Of a DNA stretch of 64,000 nucleotides, positions 19,301 to 33,260 are shown in pieces. A program made the position numbers and the translations under genes. Every line of letters begins with the position of its first letter. The first letter of the stretch is position 1. Origin of the DNA: Anthoceros angustus (lineage: Eukaryota; Plantae; Anthocerotophyta); assembly GCA_010909165.1 (NCBI GenBank), contig VJWM01000222.1:1-64000 (forward strand), written 5' to 3'. Below the pieces are notes generated by a model that made no database searches, was not told the origin of the DNA, and saw only the letters and a list, made by a program, of their open reading frames with translations.

Positions 19301-21270
19301 CTAGGGTCTACGTGGATGCCTTGGCATCGATGATATGACCTAGATACTCACACTCAGTTGCATGAATACGCACTTCTACGCTTGGCTAGGAGTTGGTGTT
19401 TCCACTCGGGTTGCATGAATACGCACTTGCTACGCTTGGCTAGGAGTTGGTGTTTTGGAGTAAGGTAAAGACTTCTCTAACAAGTTTGTAGTGTGTTTCT
19501 GCATCCTTAGAGTAGATGAGGATATCATCTAAAAATACGTCCACTCCTCTTCCCAGCAGGGGACGGAGGACTTCTTGCATCAGACACTGAAAGGTGGCGG
19601 GGGCGTTGGTAAGACCAAACGGCATGACAACAAACTCAAAATGACCATGACGGGTACGGAATGCAGTTTTGTACTCGTCACCTTCGTGGATACGTATCTG
19701 ATGGAAGCCTGACCTTAAGTCGATTTTTGTGAACAGCGTGGAGCCATGGAGTTGATCTAGGATGTCGTCAATCCGCGGCATTTGGTAAACATTTTGCACT
19801 GTTGCTCTGTTCAACCTACGATAGTCGATGCAGAGTTGCCATGCTCCATCTGGTTTGGCGACGATAAACTGCGCCAAAGGGTGAGAGAGGTCTCACAAAC
19901 CTACGATAGTCGATGTAGAGTCGCCATGCTCCATTTGGTTGGCCATACCGAGCGGCCAAAGGGTGAGAGAGGTCTCACAAACCTACGATAGTCGATGTAG
20001 AGTCGCCATGCTCCATCGGTTTGGTGACCTAAAGCGGTGCGCCAAAGGGTGAGAAGAGGTCCCCAACCCACCGCCGTGAACTCATCCACTTGTCGTTCGA
20101 TTTTCGCCGCTGCTGATGCTTGTATGGCATATTGGTGTATGTCCGTAGGAGGTCGATGCGTGGTCGACGCCTCCTCAGGTGGTAGGTCCAGGTGTGTTGA
20201 AGACATGATCTTCTCGCTCTGCCGATGCTCTGTGATGGAGGCATATGATCGGTGTATGTCGGTGGGAGGTCGATGCGTGGTCGACGCTCCTCCTAGGTGG
20301 TAGGTCCGTAGGTGTTTTGAAGATGTCTTGAACTCCTTCAACATCTCACGCATGTACTGTGGGAGCATGTCTTCTATTTCTTGACTTTAGTTGCCCTAGA
20401 CTCGTAGTGCCTCCTAGTGGCATCACTCGCTTGAGTCTGGCTATATACATGAACTGCCCGTGGGCGGTGGCTTTATTCAAAGCTGAGACAACGTAGAGGT
20501 GCTTGTCTGGAATGTATTGCTCCCCAGGCATTACAAATTGACGACCTCCTATGGACAAGGTAACTACGTTTGTATTCGGACTCCTTCAACATCTGCTGCA
20601 TGTACTCAGGGAGCATGTCTTCTATTTCTTCTGGGCCGCCTAGACTCGGCCCGGCTCCTAGTGGCATCACTCGCTTGAGTCGGCTATATACATGAACGCC
20701 GGTGGCTATTCAAAGGCGAGACAACGAGAGGTGCTTATCTCGAATGTATTTCTCCCGGGCATTACAAACCGACCTCCTATGGACAAGGTAACTACGCTTT
20801 GTATTCCAGTCAATATCTAAGTTGTTGGAATGAGCCAACCAAGGTTTCTCGATAATGATGTCATGGCATGGGTTCGGCATAACCGTGAGCTTCATGACTT
20901 CGGTATCCACGAAGGTATCTAAGTTGTTGGAATGCGCACAACCAAGGTTTACCGATAATGATGTCATGGCATAGGTTCGGCATAACCGTGAGCTTCATGA
21001 CTTCCCCGGTATCCACCGGTGGAAGGTGAGCATGGCTTCTACCCACCGCCTCTCTGGTTTCTCTCTCATTGAGTGCGGTGACTCCGCCGATAGTCAGCCC
21101 CGACTCGGATCTTCGTGCCCGCCTGTCCGTGACCTTGAGATGTAGTGGTGACTCGCTCACGAGTCCAACAACCTGCGCAAGTAGACCTTCTCCCCATGAG
21201 AAGCTTGATGGGGACATGGTTATTGCTAGTGAGAGAGTCTCATACCTCGTGGCACTGTTAGTTGCTCGTA
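16340..21270 (-). mobile_element. Chromoviral Ty3/gypsy family 2, copy 1 (3' LTR, CHD, IN, RH, RT, PR; gag and 5' LTR missing)
   Basis: LTR ~16340-16606 ends GTGACA next to PPT GGGGGGAGAA (16607-16616). Chromodomain THYLV...ATWEAQDF at ~16640-16790, GPF.I..INPV motif at ~17350-17440, IN core 17600-18060, RH 18700-19000, RT ORF 19440-19877. Confidence 0.9.
19440..19877 (-). pseudogene. pol: Gypsy RT catalytic core (longest clean coding stretch)
   Basis: [12 protein letters not shown]...[31 protein letters not shown]...[19 protein letters not shown]...[10 protein letters not shown]. Confidence 0.97.
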
Positions 21271-21289
21271 TTTGCCTCTCTAACGTTAA

Positions 21290-24200
21290 TCGAAGTGCAA
21301 ACATTAGCCTGCCTTCCTCAAGTCAATGCCTGATATGGGCTCAACCCATTCCTCACGTGATCGCCTTTCTCTTGTTGGGTATCGAGGAGGAGGAGCAACT
21401 CCCACTTCAAAGAATGGGCTCAACCTCAACCGAAACATCAAGGTCACAAAGACAAACATGATCTTCTCGAGTCGGATCTCAAGATTGTAATGACTATTCG
21501 CCTTTCTCTTGTTGGGTATCGAGGAGGAGGAGCAACCCCACTTGAATGGGCTCAACCTCAACCGAAACATCAAGGTCGACGATCAAACATGATCTCAACC
21601 TCAATCAAAACATCAAGGTCGCAGATCGAAACATGATCTCAACCTCAACCAAACATCAAGGTCGCAAGAGATCAAACATGATCTCAACCTCAACCGAAAC
21701 ATCAAGGTCGCAGATCGTAAACATGATCTCAACCTCAATCAAACATCAAGGTCGCAAGACGTAAACATGATCTCAACCTCAACCGAAACATCAAGGTCAG
21801 ATCGTAAACATGATCTCAACCTCAACCGAAACATCAAGGTCGCAGATCGTAAACATGATCTCAACCTCAACCGAAACATCAAGGTCAAGATCAAACATGA
21901 TCTCAACCTCAATCAAACATCAAGGTCGCAGACGTAAACATGATCTCAACTCAACTCAAAACATCAAGGTCGCAAGATCGAAACATGATCTCAACCTCAA
22001 CCAAACATCAAGGTCGCAAAGATCGTAAACATGATCTCAACCTCAACCGAAACATCAAGGTCGCAAAGACGGAAACATGATCTTCGAGTCGGATCTCAAG
22101 ATTGTAATGACTATTCACCATCTCCGAGTCATGTGCATCGCCAGCAAGAGGAATGACACCCTCATCAACACATGGTTCCCGAGATTGTGGGACCACATCA
22201 TCCGCATCGCAAAATTGTCTTGAGAAGGAACCTCCGTCCGGCTAATCGATACTCATAAGGTACCGAGGTTGTTGAATGTCACCGTCGGGAAGAGCTCATG
22301 AAGATGATCTAGCAATCGTGTGGATAATACAAATTGTATACATGAGTATCGACCTGTTGACCTGTGAAGCATGCACTAGACAAGGTAATCTTCAAAGTGA
22401 CCGGTCAAGCTTGTGCCTTAGACTCTTCGTAATAGTCTAGAAAAATTAATGGTCGTGACTTGTCATCTAACTTCGCGTTTGGCTTCGTACATGGGCAAAC
22501 GGTGACCAAGACTCGAGGTAAAATCCACAAGGAGACTAGAACCTTCCACAATCCATGAAGAGTAGTCTAGAAAAATTAATGGTCGTGACTTGTCATCTAA
22601 CTCGCTTTGGCTTCGTACATAGGCAAACTGACCAAGACTCGAGGTGTAAAATCCACAAGGAGACTAGAACCTTCACAATCCATGAAGAGTAGTCTAGAAA
22701 AATTAATGGTCGTGACTTGTCATCTAACTGCTTTGGCTTCGTGCACATAGGCAAACGGGTGACCAAGACTCGAGGTGTAAAATCCACAAGGAGACTAGAA
22801 CCTTCATACAATCCAACCCAAAAGGAAAACAAAGAAACAAAATGACCTCCCAAAAAGAAGCTAGAAACAAAGCAATCAAAAACCTCACAAAATTTTGAAG
22901 AGAGATTGGAGCCTTAAGCTACAACCCAACCCAAAAATAAAAATAACAAAGAAACCCAACCCAAAAATAAAAATAACAAAGATAACCTCCATTTCAAAAA
23001 TCAAGAAACCTCACAAAACTCAAAAGAGCGATTGGAGCCTTAAGCTACAACACAATCAAGAAACCTCACAAAACCTCAAGAGCGATTGGAGCCTTAAGCT
23101 ACAACCCAACCAAAAATAACAAATAACAAAGATGACCTCCAAAAAAAAGAATAACCTCCACAAATAACAAAGATGACCTCCAAAAAAAAGAATAACCTCC
23201 ATTTCTAGCAATCAAAAACCCTCACAAATCAAGAGCGATTGAGCCTTAAGCTACAACCCAACCCAAAAATAAAAATAACATCCATTTCTAGCAATCAAAA
23301 ACCTCACAAAACTCAAGAGCGATTGAGCCTTAAGCTACAACCCAACCCAAAAATAAAAATAACATCCATTTCTAGCAATCAAAAACCCTCACAAAACCTC
23401 AAGAGCGATTGAGCCTTAAGCTACAACCCAACCCAAAAATAAAAATAACCTCCATTTCTAGCAATCAAAAACCCTCACAAAACTCAAGAGCGATTGGAGC
23501 CTTAAGCTACAACCCAACCCAAAAATAAAAATAACAAAGATGACCTCAAAGAATAACCTCCATTTCTAGCAATCAAAAACCCTCACAAAACTCAAGAGCG
23601 ATTGAGCCTTAAGCTACAACCCAACCCAAAAATAAAGAATACCCAAAAATAAAAATAACAAAGATGACCCCAAAAAAAAAGAATAACCTCCATTTCTAGC
23701 AATCAAAAACCCTCACAAAATTGAAGAGCGATTGGAGCCTTAAGCTACAACCCAACCCAAAAATAAAACCATTTCTAGCAATCAAAAATCACAAAATTAA
23801 TAGCGATTGAGCCTTGCCAACCCAAAAAAAATAAAAATAACAAAGATAATCTACAAAAAGAAGCTAGAAACAAAACAACCACCATTTCTAGCAATCAAAA
23901 ACCCTCACAAAATTAATAGCGATTGAGTCTTAAGCTACAACCCAACCCAAAAATAAAAATAACAAAGATAATCTACAAAAAAAAAATAACAAAGATAGAA
24001 GCTAGAAACAAAACAACCATAAAGCCCTCACAAAATTGGAATCTAGTAAATGTTCCCAAATCCATAGGAAAGCTCTCCAAACTTGTGGTAAAGCTCATAC
24101 TTAACCCAAAAATAAAGAATAACAAAGATAACCTCCAAAAAGAGAAGCTAGACATAAAACAACCATAAAGCCCTCACAAATATTGGAATCTAGGTAAATT

Positions 24201-26810
24201 GTCCCCAAATCCATAGGAAAGCTCCACAACCATTGCGCTTAAAGCTCATGGCGACGATTAATTCATAGTCCGCAGCTTAAGGGAGGGTGTCAAAGTACCG
24301 TGGTCACAAAAGTCACATCCCTGGATATCTTCAAATACAAATCTTGGTGCAAGTGGCTTTTTCAAGTCCTTCGAGGTCGAGCAAGTTAGTCCTTCCGAGG
24401 GGTCCAAGGATCCGTAACTTTGCGACCATGGTACTTTGGTGGCGCCTGCCCTCAAGCTTCGCCTATGAATTGCCATCCGCATGAGCTTTATTAAAAGCTT
24501 CAATGCGTTGGCGAGAGCCTTCCTTATGCCCCGCGAGGAGTGCCTTGTACTCTACCTTAGTAGATGAGACCGGCTGAGGCTTTGGCTCAAGAATGCGATT
24601 TCCGATAGGTTGTTTCAACAATAAACCAAATCCAGCCCTCTTCTTGTTGGATGCCCCGAGCACCATAGCTCCTACGTTCGTCCTAGGGATTCACTGGATT
24701 TCATAGTGTAGCTTCATCCTTTGAGAGTACGACATCTTTCCGAGCAAGCTTTCCCATAAAACCATGGAGATCCCTACATATATATAGTGCCCAAGTCGAT
24801 CGGTCCCCAAACGCCAACCTCCCCACCACCCTCAAGACACTCACTTCTTGCACATGGCGATAACCATAGAGCTTCCTCCATAAGGATAGGCCTCAACTAA
24901 AGTTGGGGCCCCTAGAACGCCAACCTCGCACCTCGGTGCCCCACCACCCCAACGTAAACTTTACTCCACTTTCATTTCTCGCCAACCTCGCACTCATGGG
25001 TATCTATTTTCTTTTTGGGAGGTTATTTTGTTATTATTTTTCCTTTTGTCGATTGTAGTCAAGTCTTAGACTCAAGCAAGATTCAAGTGTTTGCTTGGTT
25101 TAAAACAAAATTGATTGAGTCTTAGACTCAAGCAAAGATTCAAGTGTCTGCTTAGTTTAAAACCTAATTGATTGGAGTCTTAGACTCAAGCGGCATTCAA
25201 GTGTCTGCTTAGTTTAAAATAGAATTGAAAATTGATTGGAGTCTTAGACTCAAGTAGCATTCAAGTGTCTGCTTAGTTTAAAACCTAATTGATTGAGTCT
25301 TAGACTCAAGCGGCATTCAAGTGTCTTGCTTAGTTTAAAACAGAATTGATTGCTCACGCTAGCAAATGAAAGCTTTTGGTTTGGAAACCCTTCTAAAGTT
25401 ATGCTGATGGTGGGGCACCAGGCGAGGTTGGCGGTATTTAGAGGCAAAAGAAAGCTCGCTGAGGGGGGCACCAGGCGAGGTTGGCGATTTAGACGCAAAG
25501 AAAGCTCATTGGGTGGTGGGGCACTGGGTGCGAGGCTCGCAGATTTAGAGGCAAAAGAAAGCTCACTGAGTGGTGGGGCACCAGGCGAGGTTGGCGATTT
25601 AAAGGCAAAAGAAAGCTCATTGGGTGGTGGGGCACCAAGTAGGTTGGGTATTTAGATCTTTCTTTGGGTTTATAGAAACCCTTTTAAAGTTTACTGGGTG
25701 GTGAGACCTGAAGATCCGAGCAATTGGATTGTGTGTTTCTTTGACAAGGCGTGATTTACAAAAAAGCCCTGTTGGCCACGAGATTTTGACATTGGGGATT
25801 GGTGGCGCAGCGGATCTTGTCATTTTGAAGATCAGACCGCTTACCCATAGGAGCGATGCTGAGATTTCATCGATTGGGATCCCACTGTGGCGCAGCGGAT
25901 CTTGTCATTTTGAAGACGCGCCAGACCGCCTACCCATAGGTAATGCAATCACATCCTACGCGTGAAGTTTGTGGAGATAGTGTTGTAGTTAGTTTCTCCC
26001 ATTGTGGGTGTAGCTACGAGTGAGCACCATCAAGGTTAAACTTTTCATCAGAAATTGCCGATGTAGCTAGGAGTGAGCACCATCAAGGTTAAACTTTTCA
26101 GTTAGTTTCTCCCATTCCGATGTGAAGGAGGAGCACCATCAAGGTTAAACTTTTCATCCAGTTAGTTTCTCCCATTGCCGAGGGTGTAGCTACGAGTGAG
26201 CACCATCAAGGTTAAACTTTTCATAATCTCCTTGATGTATTTTTCCGATGGAGAGTAATTGTGCCATCCCCTGCTTCGCAAAATCAATACCAAGGCAAAA
26301 TTGAAGGTCTCCTTGATTAGTCATCTCGAATCGACGGAGCATGTCCTTGACCCGAGCTACGACCGGTTTGCCATCACGGCCATTCGTGGCTTTAGTACGA
26401 CGGTGGATCCGCCTAACATCCGAAACATGTAAGTCCGAAACATTAGCAATTGCCTCAAGTCAACCGCCTGATATGGGCTCAACCCATTCCTCACGTGATC
26501 GCTTTCTCTTGTTTCGAGGAGGAGGAGCAACTCCCACTTCAGAATGGGCTCAACCTCAACCGAAACATCAAGGTCAAGAAGATTTAAACATGATCGTGGA
26601 TCTCAAGATTGTAATGACTATTCGCCTTTCTCTTGTTGGGTATCGAGGAGGAGCAACTCCCACTTGAATGGGCTCAACCTCAACAAACATCAAGGTCGGC
26701 ATCGAAACATGATCTCAACCTCAACCGAAACATCAAGGTCGTGACGTAAACATGATCTCAACCTCAACCGAAACATCAAGGTCAGCAGAAACATGATCTC
26801 AACCTCAAGC
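21290..26810 (-). repeat. Array units 3 (partial, 21290-22809) and 4 (22810-26810, truncated at the same family-2 junction as unit 2)
   Basis: The junction AACCTCAAGC|ATCA... at 26810 is the same as that at 16340. Confidence 0.85.
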
Positions 26811-29444
26811 ATCAGACAGCTCAAGAGGCTTGAACCAACTCGATCAGGAAATTCGCTTGTTTCTGATCTCTTGTACCGGTCCATTCTCAAGAACGGCGCG
26901 TCCGGCGTTCTGAAGGTTCAACTAACATGCACGGCTCAACTAACTCGCGCCATATTGATTCTCGGCATTTATTCCGGATAATACTTCCGAATTACCTAGC
27001 TACGTGAACTACGGAATAATCGTTCACACTTGTGTTGAGTTGTCACGGCCGTGACATTCTCCCCTTGAAGGCAGTTCCATCGGCGCGGATGGTGAAAGCT
27101 GGGATGTGGAGGCAAAGTCTTGGTCTCCCATGTCGCGGAACATCGGCTCACCGGACCAAACGAGGTAATGGGTAATAGACTTGTTAGAGATGGCGGGTAT
27201 GGTCAGGAGAATGCGGTCACTTCATGGGTGGGAAGGAAGCGATGGAGGTGTGGCGTGCTCGGGGTTTATACGCGGGCTCTAAAGCTGAGGCCGGCGGATG
27301 CAACCAGGTGTTGGAGGAAATCAGGAAGGTGGGGCCGGATGCGCACTCGCGTGATGGGTGGAGGTTGGGAATGGGTCTGGCCTCGAGGTTGGGAGCTGAT
27401 CCTGAGTTCAAATGCATGACGGGCTCGAACCCACAAGACGAGATGTGTCCTGACCCAGGCGATGGGCAGTACGTGTCTAGCTCTCGATGGGCTAGAGACT
27501 AGGATCTGGTGGCGATGGGCAAAGCAAGCGATGGGGATGGAGGAACCTTGGGTGGGACCAGGGTAGGAGTATGCATGAAAAGGGCGGGGATGACTTTCAA
27601 CATAGAGACGTGGAAAAGCATAGGCGCCAACATAATCAACCCATATAAAAATTCTAAAGGTCCAGCAAGCGATAAGACAATTTTTCTTTAAATGAGGCTA
27701 AGAATTTTTGGTTTGAGTCAAAAAACTCCCTAGCCAACCTCTCTCTGTGCCGATTGGAGTTTGAAGACAACGTTTCGCATAAAAACTTCAAAATATGTCT
27801 TGTCTCCTCTCTTCCACTTCTCAAACGACCGGGGTGGGATTTTCCATGCAAGCTTGTAACTACTCCCCTTGGATGTGTTGTGGCGAACTCATAATGGTAA
27901 GAGGTCTTCCCATCTCCCTTGTTTCTCATGGGCGATTGCATGTCTTGAGCGTTTTGCTTCTCCCCTACAAGTAGATGATATCGCTCCGAGAGTCTCCGAA
28001 GGTTCTCCAACCCAGTAAACTTCACATCTCTATCAGACAATGTTTTCTAGACGGAAAATTTCAAAATAGGTGGGCTAACTTTTAGCGGTGATGGTACCCC
28101 ACCAAGCGGATTTTTGTGAGGCTGTCCATCACGACCCATGCTATCACAGACTCCGAGGTAAGTGAGTGATGAAATCCATGGAAAGGACAAACCACTAGGA
28201 ATTGGAAGCTTGTAGAAGGCCAATTTTCTGTTGGCTTGGCCCAGCGGACCCATCTGACAAGAGTCCTTCCCAATGGAAGTGTTCCTTGACTCGAAATCCA
28301 TGGAAAAGCCCCAAAACTAGGGTGGAAGCTTGTAGAAACCAAAAATTCCTGTTGCAGCTTGTTGGCTGAGCGGACCCAATACATGGGCGAGTCCTTCCCA
28401 ATGGAAGTGTTCCTTGACTCTAGCATAAGTTTTATCGATACCTAGGTGGCTGCTATGGGTGTGTCATGAAGGTCATGGAGAATAGCTTTTGACATGTTGG
28501 AGTTGGTTCGATGACAAGCCTACCTTTCCGGTATATCCGCTCTTAGCTTTTGACATGTTGGAGTTGGTTCGATGACAAGCCTACCTTTCCGGTATGCACG
28601 AGGCGTCTTTGATTGAGTAGAGTTGGGTGAGGGTCAGGTTGACCTAGCTGCATCCGAGCGTGTCGATGCTTTGTGTAGAGAGGGTCATGGGGAATGGCTG
28701 TCCGTAAACCGATTGTGTCGAGTTGGGAGGACATAAGTGCACAAGTCACGTTGAGGGTATCAGGATCGATTTGAAGCTCCAAAGTGACATACTTAATATC
28801 AAAGTTGAAGTCATGGAATATCAAAGTTACTTAATATCAAAGTTGAAGTCCGCTAGGAATATCAAAGTTGAAGTCTCGCTAGCCGGCAGTTGAAGTTCGC
28901 TAGGTACTCGGCCCACCTCCTTTGCCGAGCGCTCGATTTGGTTGGATCAAATCATCAAGTGAATGGTGACCGTCTTGCAGATGAACGTTGTCCTTAGGTA
29001 GTGTCTCCACACCGAGAGCGTGAACTATGGCCAGCATTTCTTTGTCGTGGACGGATAGTTGTCGAGCCCTTGTAGTTTTTTGATTCATATGCAATCACCC
29101 CGCCATGTTGTGTTAGCACGCCATAGCAAAGTCTGATGCATCGTGTGTACTACGAGGGAGCTTGAGGGTCAGATTACAGGACCGGGCACGCTGTGGGACC
29201 GCTTAGGGTTTGGAACGCTTGAGTCAGAGGGGAGTTGGAGGGTTGACTATCATGCGGAGGGCATCGTGAGGGAACAAATATCTCAAATCTTTGATAAACG
29301 GCGATAGAAACCTCATGATGGAAACCTCTCGTGCAACATGTCTTGAGGTAAGGGCCACTCTTCAATGACCTTGATTTTTCTAGGGTCTACGTGGATGCCT
29401 TGGGCAATCATGATATGACCTAGATACTCACACTGTGTATGAAT

Positions 29445-29798
29445 TAATGATACACAATGCGATATCATAGTTAGGTTTAGGGTTTAAGTTATCCATATCA
29501 CCAAGATATGATAAGCTAGGGTTTACTAGATATGGTGTCGTTTCATAGTTACGCTCCTAAGTGAATAGATACAACGATTCATTGTTTAGTTTTAGTTGTC
29601 TTTTCACGCATAAGCAACTTACTTCTTCTCGATCCAACAAGGTGTCGCTTCATTAGGGTTACGCCTCCTCGAATAGATACAATGATTCATTGTTTAGTTT
29701 TAGTTGTCTTTTCCGCATAAGCAACTTACTTCTTTCTTGATCCAACAATGTAATTATTCTATAATGTTTAATTGATCTACATTAGTCCATAAAATCTT
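29445..29798. other. ~355-bp AT-rich insertion inside gypsy RT (homologue of 46049-46411)
   Basis: Absent from copy 1 (compare ~19350-19370). Carries an internal ~115-bp duplication and short TTTAGGG-like motifs. Confidence 0.75.
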
Positions 29799-31899
29799 CA
29801 CGACGCACTTGCTACGCTTGGCTAGGAGTTGGTGTTTCCACTGTGTTGCATGAATACGCACTTGCTACGCTTGGCTAGGAGTTGGTGTTTAGTAAGGTAA
29901 AGACTTCTAACAAGTTTGTAGTGTGTTTCGCATCCTTAGAGTAGATGAGGATATCATCTAAAATACGCCCACCTCTTCCCAGCAGGGACGGAGGACTTCG
30001 CATCGTAATCGAAGGTGGCAGGTAAGACCAAATGGCATGACAACAAACTCAAAATGACCATGACGCAAATGCGTTTGTACTTTCACCTGGATGTGATCGA
30101 TGGAAGCTCGACCTTAAGTCGATTTTCGGAATGCCATGGAGTTGATCTAGGATGTCGCCAACCGCCGGCATTTGGTAAACATTTCGATCGCGTTCGCTCA
30201 ACCCACGATAGCTGATGCTCGACCGCTGTTCGCTCAACCCACGAAAGTTGATGCGTAGTCATGCTCCATCCGGTTTGGCGATCAAGAAACGGGTGCGCAA
30301 AGGGTGAGACAGAGGGTCTCACAAACCTACGATAGTCGATGTAGAGTCGCCATGCTCCATCCGGTTTGGTGACTGAAACGGGTGCGCCAAAGGGTGAGAG
30401 AGGTCTCACAAACCCACCGCCGTGAACTCATCCACTTGTCGCTTGATCCATGTTTCCCCGTGCGATCAGAAACGCAAGGGCCAAAGGGTGAGAGATGAGG
30501 TCTCACAAACCCATCGCTGTGAACTCATCCACTTGTCGCTTGATCTCCTCGTCAACATGCTCAGCGGAGGCATATTGACTGGTGTATGCTCTAGGAGGTC
30601 GATGCGGTGGTCGACGCCTCCTAGGTGGTAGGTCGTAGGTGCTCACATGATCTCCTCGCCTGGATGCTCGTATGGAGGCATATGATCGGCAGTCTGTGTA
30701 GGAGGTCGATGCGGTGGTCGACGCCTCCTAGGTGGTAGGTTCAGAGCAAGATGTCTTCAACTCCTTCAACATCTCGCTGCATGTAGTGGAGCATGTCTTC
30801 TATTTCGGCTTTAGTGCCTCTAGACTCCTACGTGCCTCCTAGTGGCATCACTCGCAGTCTCGCTATACATGAACCACTGTGGGCGTGGGCTTTATTCAAA
30901 GTCGAGACAACGAGGTGCTTGTCCGAATGTATTTCTCCTGCATTACAAATTGACGACCTCCTATGGACAAGGTAACTACGTTGTATTGAACTCCTTCAAC
31001 ATCGCTGCTGGGGAGCATGTCTTCTATTGCTTGACTTAGCCTAGCGTGCCTCCTGGTGGCATCACTCGCAGATCTTCAGCCATGGGCTGGTGGGCGGTAT
31101 CAAGACACGTGTGCTTGACTGCCCTAGACTCGGCCGTGCCTCCTGGTGGCATCACTCGCTTGAGTCGGCTATATACATGAACGGTAGTGGCTTTATTCAA
31201 AGCGAGACAACGTGGAGGTGCTTATCACGAATGTATTTCTCCGGGCCTGGTGACCTCCTATGGACAAGGTAACTACAGGTCGATTATCTAAGTTGTTGGA
31301 ATGTAGCCAACCAAGGTTTCTAATGATGTCATGGCATAGGTTCGGCATAACCGTGAGCTTCATGACTTCACAGCATAGGTTCGGCATAACCGTGAGCTTC
31401 ATGACTTCGGTATCCACGTATCTAAGTTGTTGGAATGCGTACAACCAAGGTTTACCGATAATGATGTCATGGCATAGGTTCGGCATAACCGTGAGCTTCA
31501 TGACTCGGTATCCACGTGAAGCAGCATGGCTTCACCCACGCCTCGGTTTCTCTCTCATTGAGTGCGGTGACTACCGTCGATAGCTGTCCTGACTCCTGGA
31601 TCTTCAGGCCTGCCCGTCCGGCAGCTGACCTTGAGATGTAGTGATGACTCGCTCCTGAGTCCAACAACCCTGTGGCAAGTAGACCTTCTACTCCCATGAG
31701 GAGCTTGATGTGGACATGGTTATTGCTAGTGAGAGAGTCCGGAGTACCTCCGTGGCACATCATCGCTGTGTGTCGCTCGCAGTTCCTCTTCTAACCCGAC
31801 CGAATGAGCTCTTTGTAGGCTCACCGAGGTTTCAATGGACACGGTTTCAACCGGTTAGGAAGTCACGGCGATGAGGGCGCTCCGAGAACCGTGGTCGAA

Positions 31900-33260
31900 G
31901 CTGAGTGTGAAGCACAAGCGCTTTGTCCATGTATTGCTTACGCTCGTCTCCGTCAATACTTTGAACACCACCTTCTTGTAAGCATGTGCGCTTTGTTCCA
32001 CTTGGTTGTGTTCAAATACTTGTATTTGTTGACTGTAATTCATTGCTTACGCTCGCCTCCTCGTCTGCACTTGCGCTCGCCTCGCCAATACTAACACCAC
32101 CTTCTTGTCAAGCATGTGCGTGGCTTGGTCATCTCCTCTCAATACTTTGAACACCACCTTCTCAAGCATGTGCGCTTTGTTCCACTTGGTTGTGTTCAAA
32201 TCACTCACCATCCTTGTCGATACCTTGCACCACCTTGTCAAGCATGTGCGGCTTACGTCTCCGTCAATCTTGTCAAGCATGTGCAGCTTTGTTCCACTTG
32301 GTGTTCAAATACTTGTATTTGTTGACTCCGTAATTCCTTTGTTGACTGTAATTCCTTGCATTGCTTACGTCAATACTTTGAACACCACCTTCTTGTCGGA
32401 AGCATGTGCTTACGTCGCCCTCCTGTCATACTTTGAACACCACCTTCTCAAGCATGTGCGCTTTGTTCCACTTGGTTGTGTTCAAATACTTGTATTTGTT
32501 GACTGTAATTCCTTGCAGCTTTCATTGCCTCCCTTCTTGTAAGCAAAGTTAAGCTCGTCATACTTTGAACACCACCTTCTCAAGCATGCGCAGCTTTGTT
32601 CCACTTGGTTGTGTTCAAATACTTGTATTTGTTGACCGTAATTCCTTGCACCACCTTCTTGAGAAGCATGTGCGTGTAAAATCTCTGTCAATACTTTGAA
32701 CACCACCTTCTCAAGCATGTGCTTTGTTCCACTTGGTTGTGTTCAAATACTTGTATTGTTGACTGGTAATTCCTTTGTTGACTCCGTAATTCCTTGCATT
32801 GCTTACGCTCGTCTCCGTCAATACTTTGAACACCACCTTCTTGTCAAGCATATGCGGTGCTTCTCCATGTCAATACTTTGAACACCTTCTTGCCGGAAGC
32901 ATGTGCGGCTTTGTTCCACTTGGTTGTGTTCAAATACTTGTATTGTTGACTCCGTAATTTGAGCTTTCATTGCCTCCCCCTTCTTGTCGGAAGCATGTGC
33001 TTACGTTTCCTCTGTCAATACTTTGAACACCACCTTCTTGTCGGAAGCATGTGCGCTTTGTTCCACTTGGTTGTGTTCAAATACAATTGTTGACTCGTAA
33101 TTCCTTGCACTTTCATTGCCTCCCTTCTTGTCAAGCATGTGCTTCTACGTTAGTCTCTCAATACTTTGAACACCACCTTCTTTGGGCTGTGCGCTTTGTT
33201 CCACTTGGTTGTGTTCAAATACTTGTATTGTTGACTCGTAATTCCTTGCATTTCATTGCC
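31900..33260 (-). repeat. Tandem expansion of a ~100-150-bp gag-internal segment (also 49200-50100)
   Basis: Repeated CAATACTTTGAACACCACCTTCTTGTCAAGCATGTGCGCTTTGTTCCACTTGGTTGTGTTCAAATACTTGTATTTGTTGACTGTAATTCCTTGCA. Confidence 0.85.
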
